Of a stretch of 64,000 nt of DNA, positions 34,912 through 47,352 are shown in pieces (within the stretch, counting starts at the first letter, position 1; each line of letters starts with the position of its first letter). The notes below the pieces were generated by a model, which searched no databases, was not told the DNA's origin, and worked only from the letters and a program-made list of their open reading frames with translations. This DNA comes from Selaginella moellendorffii. Its lineage: Eukaryota > Plantae > Lycopodiophyta. Both the position numbers and the translations under genes were made by a program. The DNA is taken from contig NW_003314405.1 of NCBI RefSeq assembly GCF_000143415.4, positions 251,749-315,748 on the forward strand, read 5' to 3'.

Positions 34912-37769
34912 CATATGATTTGACAAGTTATCATGAACCACTGAGAATATAAATGAGCACACATTAGTCTTGAATCTAGTAAGTGCATCCCTTCTGAAAG
35001 TCAGGACTCTTTACACATATTAGTTATAGAATTACTATAGTTATCTGAGTAGTAAGGTACTATCAAATAAACTATTATTGATTTAATAAGCCATTCACAA
35101 TTTCACAATATAAAACAATTTATATTTATACATTCATGGCTTAATCTTTGAGACAGACATATGACTACTAGTAAGATCAACTAAGTAGTTAATGCAAAGC
35201 ACATATGTCCTAGCACCCAAAGATGGAGTAAAGGCAATGTATAACCAGCATGGCATAGTTGTAAGGTTCATATTTCAAGTGCCAAGGGGTAGCCAAAGCC
35301 CTCAATAGCTGAGTGAAGCATATGCCCAATAAGAACATATGCACACAGCCTTTACTCATTTTGGCTGGACTTGGACTTGACTTTGGCTATCCTCTACTTG
35401 AGCATCAATCCAAAAATAATAATTGAGCTATTATAAAACCTCTTTATGATGCAATTTCATAAGGTTTCTCATGCCCTTAGATCTTACTATATTTGAAATA
35501 TAGACACAAGAGCATACTTGTGTGGTTAACATACTAACATAGTCTTGCTCATGCTTTGGATGATAAAAAATTGGATTACCTTGTGCTCACACAACTACTA
35601 CCATTTTTTTAACTCTATGCTAACATATGTTACTTACTTGATTCTTATCATAAAACACATGCGAGTGTACTTTATCCTATTGACATTAAACATTTGGAAG
35701 TGCTTGGTATGTTGCTACAAAAAATTCATAAACTTCTGGGACACCCACAAACAAAAAAAGTTTGTAATGAAGATCTTAAGAAAGAAAAATTAGAATTTTG
35801 TTGTGGGCATTATAGCAAATGTAGTTATAATTGACACATATAAACTATACCAACTTGAAGTTTTAAAACTTTTTATTAATTTCTTATAATTTTTTAGCTA
35901 TAAAAATTTTTATATTTATTTTTTATTAATATTTATTTATTTTTATAAAAAAACAATTTTAAAACTTCCACATCATATATATGATAATAATACAGACATA
36001 AGAATGAGCCAAGTAAAGGGGTGTGTCTCTCTTCATACTTGCTTTGTAGAGCTTGACTTTGTATCTCCAGGACCCTGGCTCAAAAGAATTGCGACAAGGA
36101 GCATGAGAAAGTAGCGACCTCGATCACGCCTATTTCTGGACTGGTCAAAGTATTAAGTGTTGAGAACCGGTCTGTCTCTTGACTCGAGAGTTATCTGGAT
36201 AATTTGAGTCGCATGATACAAATATCTGTGAAGATCCACTCGCGCCTTACTGGGAGGATCACGTCCTTGGCATGTCCCTAAACGCTACCTTGGCTGAAGC
36301 AGACACTGCAAGGCCACAGCCATGCAGAGTATAAGATCGATAGAAACTCTTTGAAAAAACTTAAGTAAAAAGCATCTTGCCTCTGGAGGAACTTGTCAAA
36401 GCAGCTTGAGAATTAGAAGAAAACTTTCCGGAATGAAGATTGACACTAAAATATCAAACTGAAACCAACGTTGGAAAAGCAAGAAAGATAAAGCAAGTGT
36501 TACCTGTATGAAGTCTAGATATATTGATTCGATAGAAAATCGACAATAAAATGATTTACAATTAGAAAATATACTAGATAAAGCTCAAAGTACCTCTAGT
36601 GTCAGTGTCTTTCTCTCACATTTTTCTTTTCTAAGGAAGAAGTTTTATCCTAGTCTGTTGTAATGCCTGAAATCCAATCCACAGATATTTGTTGATACTA
36701 CTTAAATCTAATTAACATGGTACGCTCTCACCACCAGCAGCTAGCACATACCGGACAGTATGCGTTTGGGAGCTCTTCCAGGTAGACGCTGCTAGGAAAT
36801 TATCTGAAAATCGAAAATCAGACGCATTCATCTCAGGCAGGACAAGGAAAGTCATGCAAGAAGAAGTGCACTGATCTAATAAGGGGTATGATACCAGAAA
36901 TTCATGGCCGTCCAAGGTATGATCAAGATCAGCTACAAGCTCGATGAAATGCCCGTGATCCTGTCCCTGCCGCTCCCTACCCTAGCTAGATCCAAAGTGA
37001 AACGCTCCTTTGGGGGTCATGAGCAATCGGAAGAAACTGAAGTTCGCGAGTATGAAGTGTTCTTATGGTTTGCAGTTCCCTGTTCTTTGTTGTTTATCAA
37101 GCTTGCAGGGAGGCCTTGCACACGACGAGTTCTTGATCATGTTCCTGCATGATTGAATCAAGGTCAATTTTTCCCCAGCTTAATTTTCATTGTGAAGACT
37201 TGGGGATGGAGCGGAACAGAGGGGGCCCTAATCCTTGTCAAGCAACAAGGCAAACACTGTTTCGAAGACCAAAAAAACGACAGGAATGCTTCTTCTTCGT
37301 TTTTTGTTTTGGAGGGGTTCTCCTCAAAGAGGAAATCCCCAAGAGAGGGCTGGGTAGCTGGTCTTCGATCCTGCTTGTTAGTAGTTTCACACAATCGAAA
37401 ATCCTACATCTAAGTGTGGGGCAGCCGGGGGCTTCGATTCCCCGACTTCCTCTCGCTTTGGCCGCCTCAACGTACTGTACAAAACAGTAGCGACAGCCCA
37501 AAACGAATACTGAGTAGCCACGTTGAGAATGGGCACCCCACCAGTGTGCATTTTGATGGTTTGAGAAAAACATAACGCCTCCTCCCACGCCGCCTCCTCC
37601 CAGCGCCGCCGCCAACAGCAAAACCAGCCCTCTCAAAACTTACCCTAAACACTAGCCTTTAGATATATTTACACAGCATCCTAACCGTCAGATTAGCTGA
37701 TCCGATGGCTGTGAATTGTTTAAATCTAAGCATGTATGGTTAAATAAAGAAACTCATTAAAGTAAATGC

Positions 37770-39545
37770 GATAGTAACTATTAACTCATAAAGGTTGGAG
37801 CAAAGTCTAATCGTATTAATTTTAAGGCGGACATTTTTTTACTTTTAATATTCCTTTTCTTTTAACTTTTTAATTTCACCTAAAACACCATTTATTAAAT
37901 TATATTTGAAGTTTAGAACAATCCCAGAGACATTGCAATGACCCTCATATGCCTGTGTGCCAGCTTGCCAAGACCATTGTCGTGCAAAGTAGCTATACCC
38001 ACGGCAAATATCTTTTTCCCATTTTGGAAGCATTTCAAGAATCAGATGCGCTTGGACGTTCCATAGACACAACAACATGCTTGTCCTTCTCCATTTTCAA
38101 CATGTTGCAGTTGGTGCGTTGATTGAACATGCTCCAATGAGTTCCATGATGGCATCCTGCAATTTAAGATTTGACGCACTCATTCTGGACAATGAAAGAA
38201 AGCTGGAAGAATGGGAAAGTGAAATCATTCTTGGTAACTCCAACCCCAGGCCACCTCATCGTCAGGAGTGTTTCCAGACGTTTGCAAGCTTGTCCGAGGC
38301 TCAAAAGCCTTGCCTTGAGTGCACCTCTCGATCAGCTGTGCAACCGAGTAGAGAGACTCCCGGAATGAACCATGCTTCTTGCGTGTAACTCCACTTGAGG
38401 CATTTCTCGAGATTGAAAAGTAATTTGAAGAAGCTAGCTGGTCGTTCTCCAATTCTAGAGAGCGAGCAATCACCCCAGTTTTCACATATGTAAGATCCTC
38501 CTGTTCCTGGGAAACAAATGGGTTGGCACTTGCCGGAAAAGAAATAACTTCTGGAATCGCCTCCAAGTCAGGAGGTTCTTCACACAGCAGCCTTCGATTT
38601 GCATCGTCCCACAGTCAAAAGAAGATCTGGGATTTAGTAACTAGAAGCCCTATCCCATGTGCCCAAAGCTCTTCGCTTATCACTTCCCTGAGGAGGCACC
38701 AGATAAACATGGCAACAACTACATGGTCCCTTAATGGAGAAATGGTGCAAACTGTTTTGTCCTTGCTCCCATGTAGACTTGCAGATCCATCTTGTTCGCA
38801 TTCATGTATCCTTGTTGGTTTCTTCTTTGGATTTCTTGTTTATGCTAAGCCTTGGGGAGCATTTGTCTTTTATTCGAGAAAATGAATGGTTGCCAAGGGC
38901 AGCCCAATACGAATCCTGATTAGAATCTATTGAGTCCTTACCATCAAACCCAAGTTTTGTTAAGCAGATCATGGCATAAAATGGCAGTTCAGCTTCCCTG
39001 TTTAAGTTGCATGGTTGATTCATAAAAGTAAATATGGGGTAAATAATAGTAACTATTAACTCATAAAGGTTGAACAAAGTTTTAATTTTAATTTAAAGGC
39101 AGATCATATACCTTTTCTTTTAACTTTTTAATTTCTATTAAATTATATTTGAACTTTTCAATGCTAGCATCTACAGTCATGGTTGTCCTCCATTTTTGAC
39201 ATGTTGCAATCGTTGTGTGCATGCCCACATTGATCAAACAACACTCCAATGAGTTCCACAACAGCATCTTGCAATTTAAGCTCACTGAACCAAACCAAAT
39301 GGAGTAATGTCGAACCAAACCAAATGGAGCAATGAAGATTTGATAAGCACTCTTAAGGGACAGTTTCATTCCAGCTGATAAGCAAGCAGCAAGAAGAATG
39401 GGAAAGTGAAGCTATTCTCAATAGGAGTGTTTCCAGTCGTTTGTAAGCTTGTTTGATGCTCAAAGTCTTGCCTTGAGTGCACCTCTCTATCAGCTGCTCC
39501 ACTGAGTAAAGAGCTCTTGGAACGAGCCATTCTTCTTGCGAATGC
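37770..39545. repeat. Diverged local duplication (37770-38385 versus 39045-39540), possibly a decayed gene relic
   Basis: Shared blocks ATAGTAACTATTAACTCATAAAGGTTG, CTCCAATGAGTTCCA, GAAGAATGGGAAAGTGAA and CTTGCCTTGAGTGCACCTCTC. Confidence 0.65.
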
Positions 39546-41057
39546 ATCATATTTCATTATTTACTTAAAATAAAATTTGTTAAAAAAAATAGTATTATCA
39601 AGTTTGGACAGTTATGTATGTAGAAAATTCTTATTAGAAAATGAATATAATTACTAAAGTCTTCAGATTATAATACTTACTAGTTGAAATAGCCAATGCT
39701 ATAGATAACTCTAACAACAAAAACAAAGGTAAGCATCTCTGAAACTCCTCCTCTTGTCTTCCAAAGTACGATCCAAGAAAGAATGCTAGAAAGGGCATGT
39801 AAAATGTAGCAGTATATTTTAAATAATTTACTGCAGTTTTCTTTGGATTTGTTTTTGTTGTTAGAGTTATCTAACAATTCTTTTTTAATGTTCTTTTTGC
39901 AATAACAATTGGTTGTGAAAAAAATATGCAGATCAGTGTCTTATGAGGAGGAGGAAAGTGTCTTTGCAAACAAAGGTTTCAATAACTACTTTGGCTTTTG
40001 CAAAATTTTTTGTGGAAATTTTGCAAATTATCTCTGCGAACGCTCTATGTTGTGAAGTCTTGTAAGCTGGTTGTCATGTCCATACATGCGATCAGGTGTC
40101 GCATGCTGCTGTGCAAATCAGGCAAAATCAGGCAAAGTGTTAGGAAGAAATATGCTGAAGTCGAAGTTGCTGAAGACGAAATTGTTGATGACGAAGTTGC
40201 TGAAGTCGAAGTTGCTGAAGTAGAAGTTGTTGTAGTAGACGTTGCTGTAGTAGTTGTTGTTGAAGAATCTTGATCGCTAAGGAAAGCAATTGTTGATGAT
40301 ATCTGACGTCGCCTGAAGTTGTAGCTGTCGTTGTTGTTAAAGTAGTCGCCTATTGCTGATGTAGACTAATGTTGGTGATGATTGTTGATGTCGCCAGATA
40401 TCTGAAGCCAGAAATGAAGGCGAATTGATCACTTGAAATCATTCTCAAAGTCGATGCCTGAAGTCGCAGTTGAAGACCGTTGAGGAAGAGCCAAAGTTGA
40501 TGAAGAAAGGTGAAATCTTGTGCGCCGTGATGAGATGAACAAATGGGCAGTCTGGAAATTCTCGAATTTTTGGAAATTTGCCCGATTTTGACGACCCTAG
40601 TGCAAAACAGGGGAGTTGAGCGAATTGGTGAAAAAGAAAGGTGGCGCCGTGGAATTCGCCCAGCAGAATGAAGAATTGTGGGTAGCAGAGGAGGGAGAAG
40701 ACATTGCTGAAGCGAATTGAAAAAGAAAACCTGTAATTGCACAGAAAAACAGAGGATTGTCTGAAATTTCCTTAAGGGCCAATCATTGAAACGAAAATTG
40801 AAGAAATTCAAGGGAATTGAGGAGAGAAATCCATGAGCGCTGTGAAGAGGGGAACGGGGAACACCGTGGTCGCCAAAATGGAATGGGTGATTTCCACTCC
40901 AAGGGAAGAAATTGCAGGGAGAGAAAAAGAATGAATTGCTCAGGAAAGACTTATGCAGGAGGAAGATTACAGATGCAGAAGGATGCGAATGCTCTAGGGT
41001 AGTCTCTGTCTCTACCCTAACTACCTATATCAGCGGTTATAACTCCCGCTTACATAA

Positions 41058-41135
41058 TGCGCCTGAAGTTAGGCGTGCCTAATGTTAGGCGTGCCTGAGG
41101 TTAGGCATGCCTGATGCTAGGGGTGCCTAATGCTA
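41058..41135. repeat. Short 16-bp tandem repeat (GCGTGCCTRADGTTAG-like, about 5 copies)
   Basis: Visible directly in the sequence. Confidence 0.6.
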
Positions 41136-41205
41136 CCTTCAGTAAGGCATCAGGCGGAAGTCTGCCTGATACCTGCTTGCCTGAGCTCCTAAAAATGCTA
41201 TTTTC

Positions 41206-41636
41206 AGTAACTAATCCATGCTGACGTGACAAAACTCGCGGGAGCCGTGATATGACCTTATCACGAGAACGGTGATGTCGCGGGACTGCAGAGCTGAGGC
41301 TCTCAAAAGTTGCCCTAGTAAAGCAATTTCAAGTGCCGAGTAAGTGGCTACCAGCACAGAAGGCGCTGACGTAGCAGGAGTGTTGCAGTCGTGCATGGTT
41401 ATTTTATCAAGTCCTAGAAGCTGCTGATGTGGCAGGAATCGTGAAAGATGCTGATGTGGCAGGACTTGGGATGTTTGGTGGTTTTCTGCTAATATCACGA
41501 GCAGTGCTGACGTGGCAAGAGTCACGAGTAACACTGAAGTGGCAACTCGCGAAAGATGCTGACGAGGCAGGAGTTGCGAATATCGCTGATGTGGCAGAAC
41601 TCGCAAAAAATGCTGAAGTGGAGTCACGAGTAACGC
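41206..41636 (+). mobile_element. Partial LTR of the CACGTCA-array family, running into an N gap
   Basis: Reverse-complement similarity to 58200-58551 (CTCGCGGGAGCCGTG; GTGCCGAGTAAGTGGCTACC); repeated GCTGA(C/T)GTGGCAG. Confidence 0.75.
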
Positions 41637-42017
41637 NNNNNNNNNNNNNNNNNNNNNNNNNNNNNNNNNNNNNNNNNNNNNNNNNNNNNNNNNNNNNNNN
41701 NNNNNNNNNNNNNNNNNNNNNNNNNNNNNNNNNNNNNNNNNNNNNNNNNNNNNNNNNNNNNNNNNNNNNNNNNNNNNNNNNNNNNNNNNNNNNNNNNNNN
41801 NNNNNNNNNNNNNNNNNNNNNNNNNNNNNNNNNNNNNNNNNNNNNNNNNNNNNNNNNNNNNNNNNNNNNNNNNNNNNNNNNNNNNNNNNNNNNNNNNNNN
41901 NNNNNNNNNNNNNNNNNNNNNNNNNNNNNNNNNNNNNNNNNNNNNNNNNNNNNNNNNNNNNNNNNNNNNNNNNNNNNNNNNNNNNNNNNNNNNNNNNNNN
42001 NNNNNNNNNNNNNNNNN

Positions 42018-43546
42018 GGGTCTAATTGTCGCAATTAATCCGAGCTCTAAGTAGATATTTGATGGTATGCTGGATGCCCTTGACTCGCAACGTGGGTAAA
42101 GGCTGCTAGATATGGCAGTCATATCACGGTTGCTTTCAGAAATGGGGGCACTCCGTGACATGCAAGTTCTGATGGAGAGAGACCGTAGATGGAACCCCAT
42201 GGAGGTTGTTTGCCGGCCTTCAAGTCGATTAAGCAGTTATACAGACGATGTTCGGGTAATCGTTCTGCCCTGACATTGTCGAACACATCTTGGAAATCGT
42301 TATATTCATCTGGAAGAGTTAAAAATGACTGAGATTTCATTAAGATTGGCAAACAAGAACCTTGCTCCATCTTTGCACTCTTTGTACAACCAGTATCCAT
42401 CTCTAACACTTACAGTGAGATTGTAAAAACCTTTAGATGTTCTTGAGATATCAGATCTGGAATTAGGATTGGAATTAGAACTGGAGCTAGGGTTAGAGAT
42501 TTCACTCGGGTAGCAGAAATACGATTCGAGTTGAAACAACCTTATTTTTCTTAACTGGAACTAAAACAGCCAAAACTGGAAGTGGAATTGATACTAGGAA
42601 AGGAGGAACTAGAGACGACGCGGGACTATATCAGAGTCAGGAGCTTGTCGACGTGCTTCTTATCGACGTTCGAAGAGACAATTGTTGCAACGAATCGCTT
42701 TTTTCATCGCATCAGCAATTGTAGTTGGATCAGCAACTGTTAAGATAAGATCTTTGAAATTGTTGCGAAGGCCATAACAGAATTGATCAGTCAGTGTAGC
42801 TTCATCCTAAGATAAATTCATCGCCAACTGTTAAAATTCTAATGCATAGACTGATGCTAGACAAGATCCTTGAAATAATTTATGAATCTTAGTCTTTGAG
42901 ACTCGAGCTCAGTCTGTTTGTCCAAAACATGCTTCAAATAATTCGAGGAATATATTGAAATCGTTGAGCTCTGGGGCATTCCTCTTCAGAAGGGGAGAAA
43001 ACCATTAAACAGTAATGTCGCTGAGAAGAAATTCTACAAGACCCATTTTGACCTGGTCATTTGCATATTTGTGAGGTTACATACAAATGACTAACTTGAC
43101 TTGGTTGACGAATCTATGAAACTTGGATCTTGTCGTATCAAATTTTATTAGAAAACTGATCTTAGCTTCAGGTATACAACTACTGATAAGCTGTTGTTGC
43201 AGATAAGAATAGAATTTCATGATGGTTTCCTGAAGCTGTTGATTTTGTAATTGAAGATTCATGATGACTTGATCCATGATGATACGAGTAAGAGAAATTG
43301 AAAATACCAAAGATTCAAGAAAGATGGCGACATTGATATCTTTGGGATTTCTACTCAAACTGTCATGGGTCTAAACAGGGATTGCAGAACATGAATGTAT
43401 TTAAGATGCTCATTACTATACAAAAATAGGAACAAGAATAGGAGACTAAAACGAGACTAGAAACTGGATTTCAAAAATGGTGATGAACAAGAATGCCGAA
43501 ACCCTTACTAGAACTCCCCTTATTTAGTTGTGTAATGGAAGGTTTC
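42018..43546 (-). mobile_element. Degenerate Ty3/Gypsy of Tcn1/Tf1-like chromovirus type (gag, RT N-terminus, partial LTR from 43361)
   Basis: Gag PEAKIS..KFDTTRSKFHRFVNQVKL with stops; RT start LPDEYNDFQDVFD..RLPEHRLYNCLIDLKAGKQPPWGSIYGLS. Confidence 0.75.
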
Positions 43547-46500
43547 TGTAAACCAGCAATCCCGAGGCTTCGGATGTATGATCTGAAGTCCTCGGATCTG
43601 AAGGCCAATAGGCCACTAGGGTAGAATTAGGATGACGAGTCCAAAGGCCGAGAGGCCATTAAAAGAGTCAGGCTTAAAGATCCTGACTCATCCCAATCCC
43701 TAATCCTAACTCCATCTCCCACTTGTTCATCAATCGTCTTCTTCTTGATTACGACTATCTTCCACTTTCCAATTCTCTATCTCATCCACATCACCGCAGC
43801 CCATCCTTATTCACACCTTCCAGGGATCGAAGGCAAGGAGTAGGCTCAGGCTACAAGATCCAACACTCAGACTCGAGTATCCGGTAATCAGACTTTACGT
43901 TCCTTAGTTTAGTACAAGAACGACCGCAGATACAGTAACAATGAACTGCTTGTTTCTGACGGTTTTCACTGGCAACCACGGTGGGATGGGGGGCCATGTG
44001 TGATGAGAATTCGAGAAGAAACCATGGAAGAAAAAAAACACACAAGTTTTGAAGAACTGAATTTCAGAATTCAGGATTGAATGCCCGATCAGGGTGAATG
44101 CGACCTGTTCTGAAGCGGGCACACAACTAAGACCCAAGCAACTGAGAGAGAGAGTTTACTGGCATCTTTCAAAGCTCAAGTTCTCAGTGGCACCGCTCAG
44201 GGCTGTGTAGACGTTTTGAGCCGGCAGCTTAGGTGCTGTGTAGACTCTCAAAGCCGAGCAGTGAAGCATCGCCGGATTCTGAAACTTGAGACCATCCGAG
44301 CACATGGGAAAAGCACATGAAGAAGATTTCCAAAGTCCAGGCAAAACCCAAGTCGGGTGTATAAAACCTGCTTTAAAGTTTGGCAAAATAAGTAAGACCC
44401 AAGAAGATACATTGATTGCTTCGGCAGACACTGGAGTGCAAGGAGCTTTAGACACCGAGTCAGCAGTGCATAGCCGATCTACCAAAGAATCAGAAAGATC
44501 CAGACAATATTCCTGGAAGTTGCACAACTGAGAGGCGGGAGTAACCACCAGCTGACCGGTCCAATTATAAATTGACACGTGTTTATCAAAATAGTGATCC
44601 GAAACTGATATCGGAATGGAGATCCGAGGCCCGAGGGTCTCACCCCTGAAGTTTGCCAGGGAGACAAATTGAATTTTCCTGGAAGTATTGCCCAGATGAC
44701 TGATTATTGAATTTTCCCAGAAGTATTGCCCGGATGACTGATTATTGAAATTTCCCGGAAGTGTTGTCCGGGTGATTTACTATACGAATTTCCCAGAAGT
44801 TTACCTGGAAGAAAGATTATTGAATTTCCCCGGATGTGTTTCTCGGAAGTAGAATTATGAATACCCCGGAAGAGTTTCCCGGAGGACTTAGGAATTGAAA
44901 TCCGACAAAATAGAATGCCAAAAAGATAAGCGAGGGGAGTTAACCGCAAATATATTCTCTTGAGAGAGAAACGGTTATCCTAACCGAAATTCAAACTGGC
45001 CAAATGAGAGACTGACCCATGGAAGAGGAACAGGACAAGGAGGTTCCGAGCGGGGAGAAACGGGGGATCCAATGAGCAACGGAGAGGAGGAGCGCTGAGG
45101 CACGATGGAAGAGGCAAGCTTTGAAATTTTGGTTTGTCATCTTCGAATTCCTTCCCTCTCTGGCATCCCTCACCTAAATTCATGAAAGCTCTATCCACAT
45201 TTAGAATCACTACTGACTTTCTTCGTAAGTATACGTATTCGTAAGTATATAAGTATCGGGAGTTCTACTCGGACATGTGGTCTGCAAACAGGGCATACTG
45301 ATAGACAAAGCAAAAATAGAGATTATCCTCAATATGGAACCTCCAACAGAAGTCTCAGGGGTCCGAAGATTTCTAGGAAAGATGGGATATCACCGACGAT
45401 TCATCCAATATTACGCTCGGATCAGCAAGCCGATAACTGACTTGTTAAAGAAGCAACATCCATTTAAGTGGACCTCCGAGTGTGACACCGCATTTCAGAC
45501 GCTGAAAAATCACTTAGTACGAGCACCAATACTCGCTCGACTGAATTGGAAATATGAATTCATCATACAAGTTGATGCATCCGACTACGCTATCAGAGCC
45601 ATACTTTCCCAACTTCAAGATGACGGGAAGGACCGACCGATATATTATGCAGCACGTCGGCTGAATCCAGCCGAAATGAACTACACAACCACAGAAAATG
45701 AAACACTCGGCATGGTTTATGCTTTACAAAAGTTCAGGCACTATCTTCTGGCCAACAAAGTCAAGATCATGGTCGATCACAAGGCTTTATTGCATCTACT
45801 CAATAAATCAGTGCTCATGGGACGTATTGCCAGATGGTTCATTCACAAACCAGGAAGACAACATGAACAAGCTGATCATCTCAGTCGAATCACGATAGGG
45901 GAAGACCCAAAATACTCCAATGACGACTTCCATGCTCCCCTCTTAAATGTCAAAGCAGTTCAAGCTTACAGTCCGACTTAGCTACAAGACATCCAAAGCT
46001 ACCTCACGACAGGTAGCGTTCCCGGCAATTACACAACAATAGACCAAAAACGCCAATTTGCCTTGAGGACAAGGCCTTATTCAGTTGTGGGAGGAAGGTT
46101 ATACAAGCTGGGAATAGACAATGTTCTTAGACGATGTGTCGAGCAATACGAAATACCGGAATTACTATCTGAAGCTCATGAAGGCAAATCCGGAGGACAT
46201 TTCGGCAGCGAAATTACGGCAAGAAAAGTACTACAAGCAGGCCTATGGTGGCCAAACTTGTGGGCCGATGCGGAGAAGCATTACAGGGAATGTGATACCT
46301 TCCAACAGACTAAACCACCTCCAAACAAAATTTTCCAGGAACTACACCTGACAACAGCTATGGAACCTTTTCAAAGGTGGGGACTAGACTTTGTTGGTCA
46401 ACTAACAACGAGCTCTAGAAGAAACAAGTGCTCATTGCTACAGATTACATGACAAAATGGGCCGAAGCACTGCCGTTGAAGGAAGCTACAGCTCGAAATA

Positions 46501-46888
46501 CGGCAAAGTTTATTTAAGAATACATCATTGTCCGATATGGCATTCCGAGAGAGATAGTCACGGACAGGGGAACTCATTTCCTCAACAGGACGCTAGAGAT
46601 CCTAACTCAGGAATTTATGATCAAGCACAAAGTGTCTACACCATATTATCCACAAGGAAATGGACAGGCCGAATCAACCAACAAGACGCTGAAAAACATC
46701 CTGAAAAAGATTTCAGCTACGCACTTGAGAGACTGGGACAAGAGGATTCACGATGCATTATGGGCATACAGAACGGCCTACAAATTTTTTACCAATGCGA
46801 CACCATTTTGGCAGGCATTCGGGCTAGAGGCCTTGACACCGCTTGAATATCTTATTCCAACGCTCAGGACAGCAGTTGAATTCGGCAT
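43547..46888 (+). mobile_element. Truncated non-chromovirus Gypsy copy: 5' LTR 43547-43968, tRNA-Arg-like PBS, pol fragment (RT C-terminus, RNase H, integrase) at 45258-46888
   Basis: LTR TGTAAACC...TTTTCA is the reverse complement of 46889-47316; PBS TGGCAACCACGGTGGGA; ORFs 45277-46958 match 49480-51560. Confidence 0.85.
44660..44885. repeat. ~38-bp minisatellite (ATTATTGAATTTCCCGGAAGTRTTGCCCRGATG-like, about 6 copies)
   Basis: Visible imperfect tandem repeats. Confidence 0.7.
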
Positions 46889-47352
46889 TGAAAACCCCCG
46901 TCAGAAACCAAGCAATTCATTGTTTACTGTTTCTGAGGAAGTTCTTGCTCTAAACTAAGGAATGTAAAGTCTGAGTACCGGATACTCGAATCTGAGTGTT
47001 GGATCTTGTAGCCTGAGCCTGATCCTTGCCTTCGATCCCTGGAAGGTGTGAATAAGGATGGGCTGCGGAGATGTGGATGAGATAGAGAAATGGAAGGTGA
47101 TAGATAGTCGTGTACAAGAAGAAGTTGGTTGATGAACAGGTGGGGGATGGAGTTAGGATTAGGGATTGGGATGAGTCAGGATCCCTAAGCCTGACTCTTC
47201 TAGTGGCCTCTCGGCCTTCGGACTACTCATCCTGATTCTATCCTAGTGGCCTCTCGGCCTTCAGATCCGAGGTCTTCGGATCATACATCCGAAGCCTCGG
47301 ATTTTCAGGTTCAACACATCTCCCACAGCTATTCTGAACTCCGTCCCGGAGT

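Larger units (their letters stand above)
32500..35187 (-). pseudogene. Degenerate 18S rRNA fragment, copy 3, interrupted by a TRIM, a 50-bp tandem duplication and a MITE
   Basis: Collinear with copies 1 and 2 once the insertions are removed. Confidence 0.9.
7835..37900. repeat. Tandem triplication: units 7835-16957, 16958-26848, 26849-37900
   Basis: Identical junction CTATTAAATATGGCCTCG at ~16953 and ~26844. GDSL stop codons are offset by 9123 and 9891 bp, and content is collinear across the units. Confidence 0.95.

Noticed and set aside
40150-40330. Low-complexity EVEVA / poly-Q-like ORF
   Set aside because: Simple repeat with stops and no supporting gene structure.
41211-42200. Long ORFs spanning N runs (also 9608-10017)
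   Set aside because: Assembly gap artefacts.
43340-43546. Tf1-style self-priming duplex
   Set aside because: No convincing complementarity is visible in this decayed copy.
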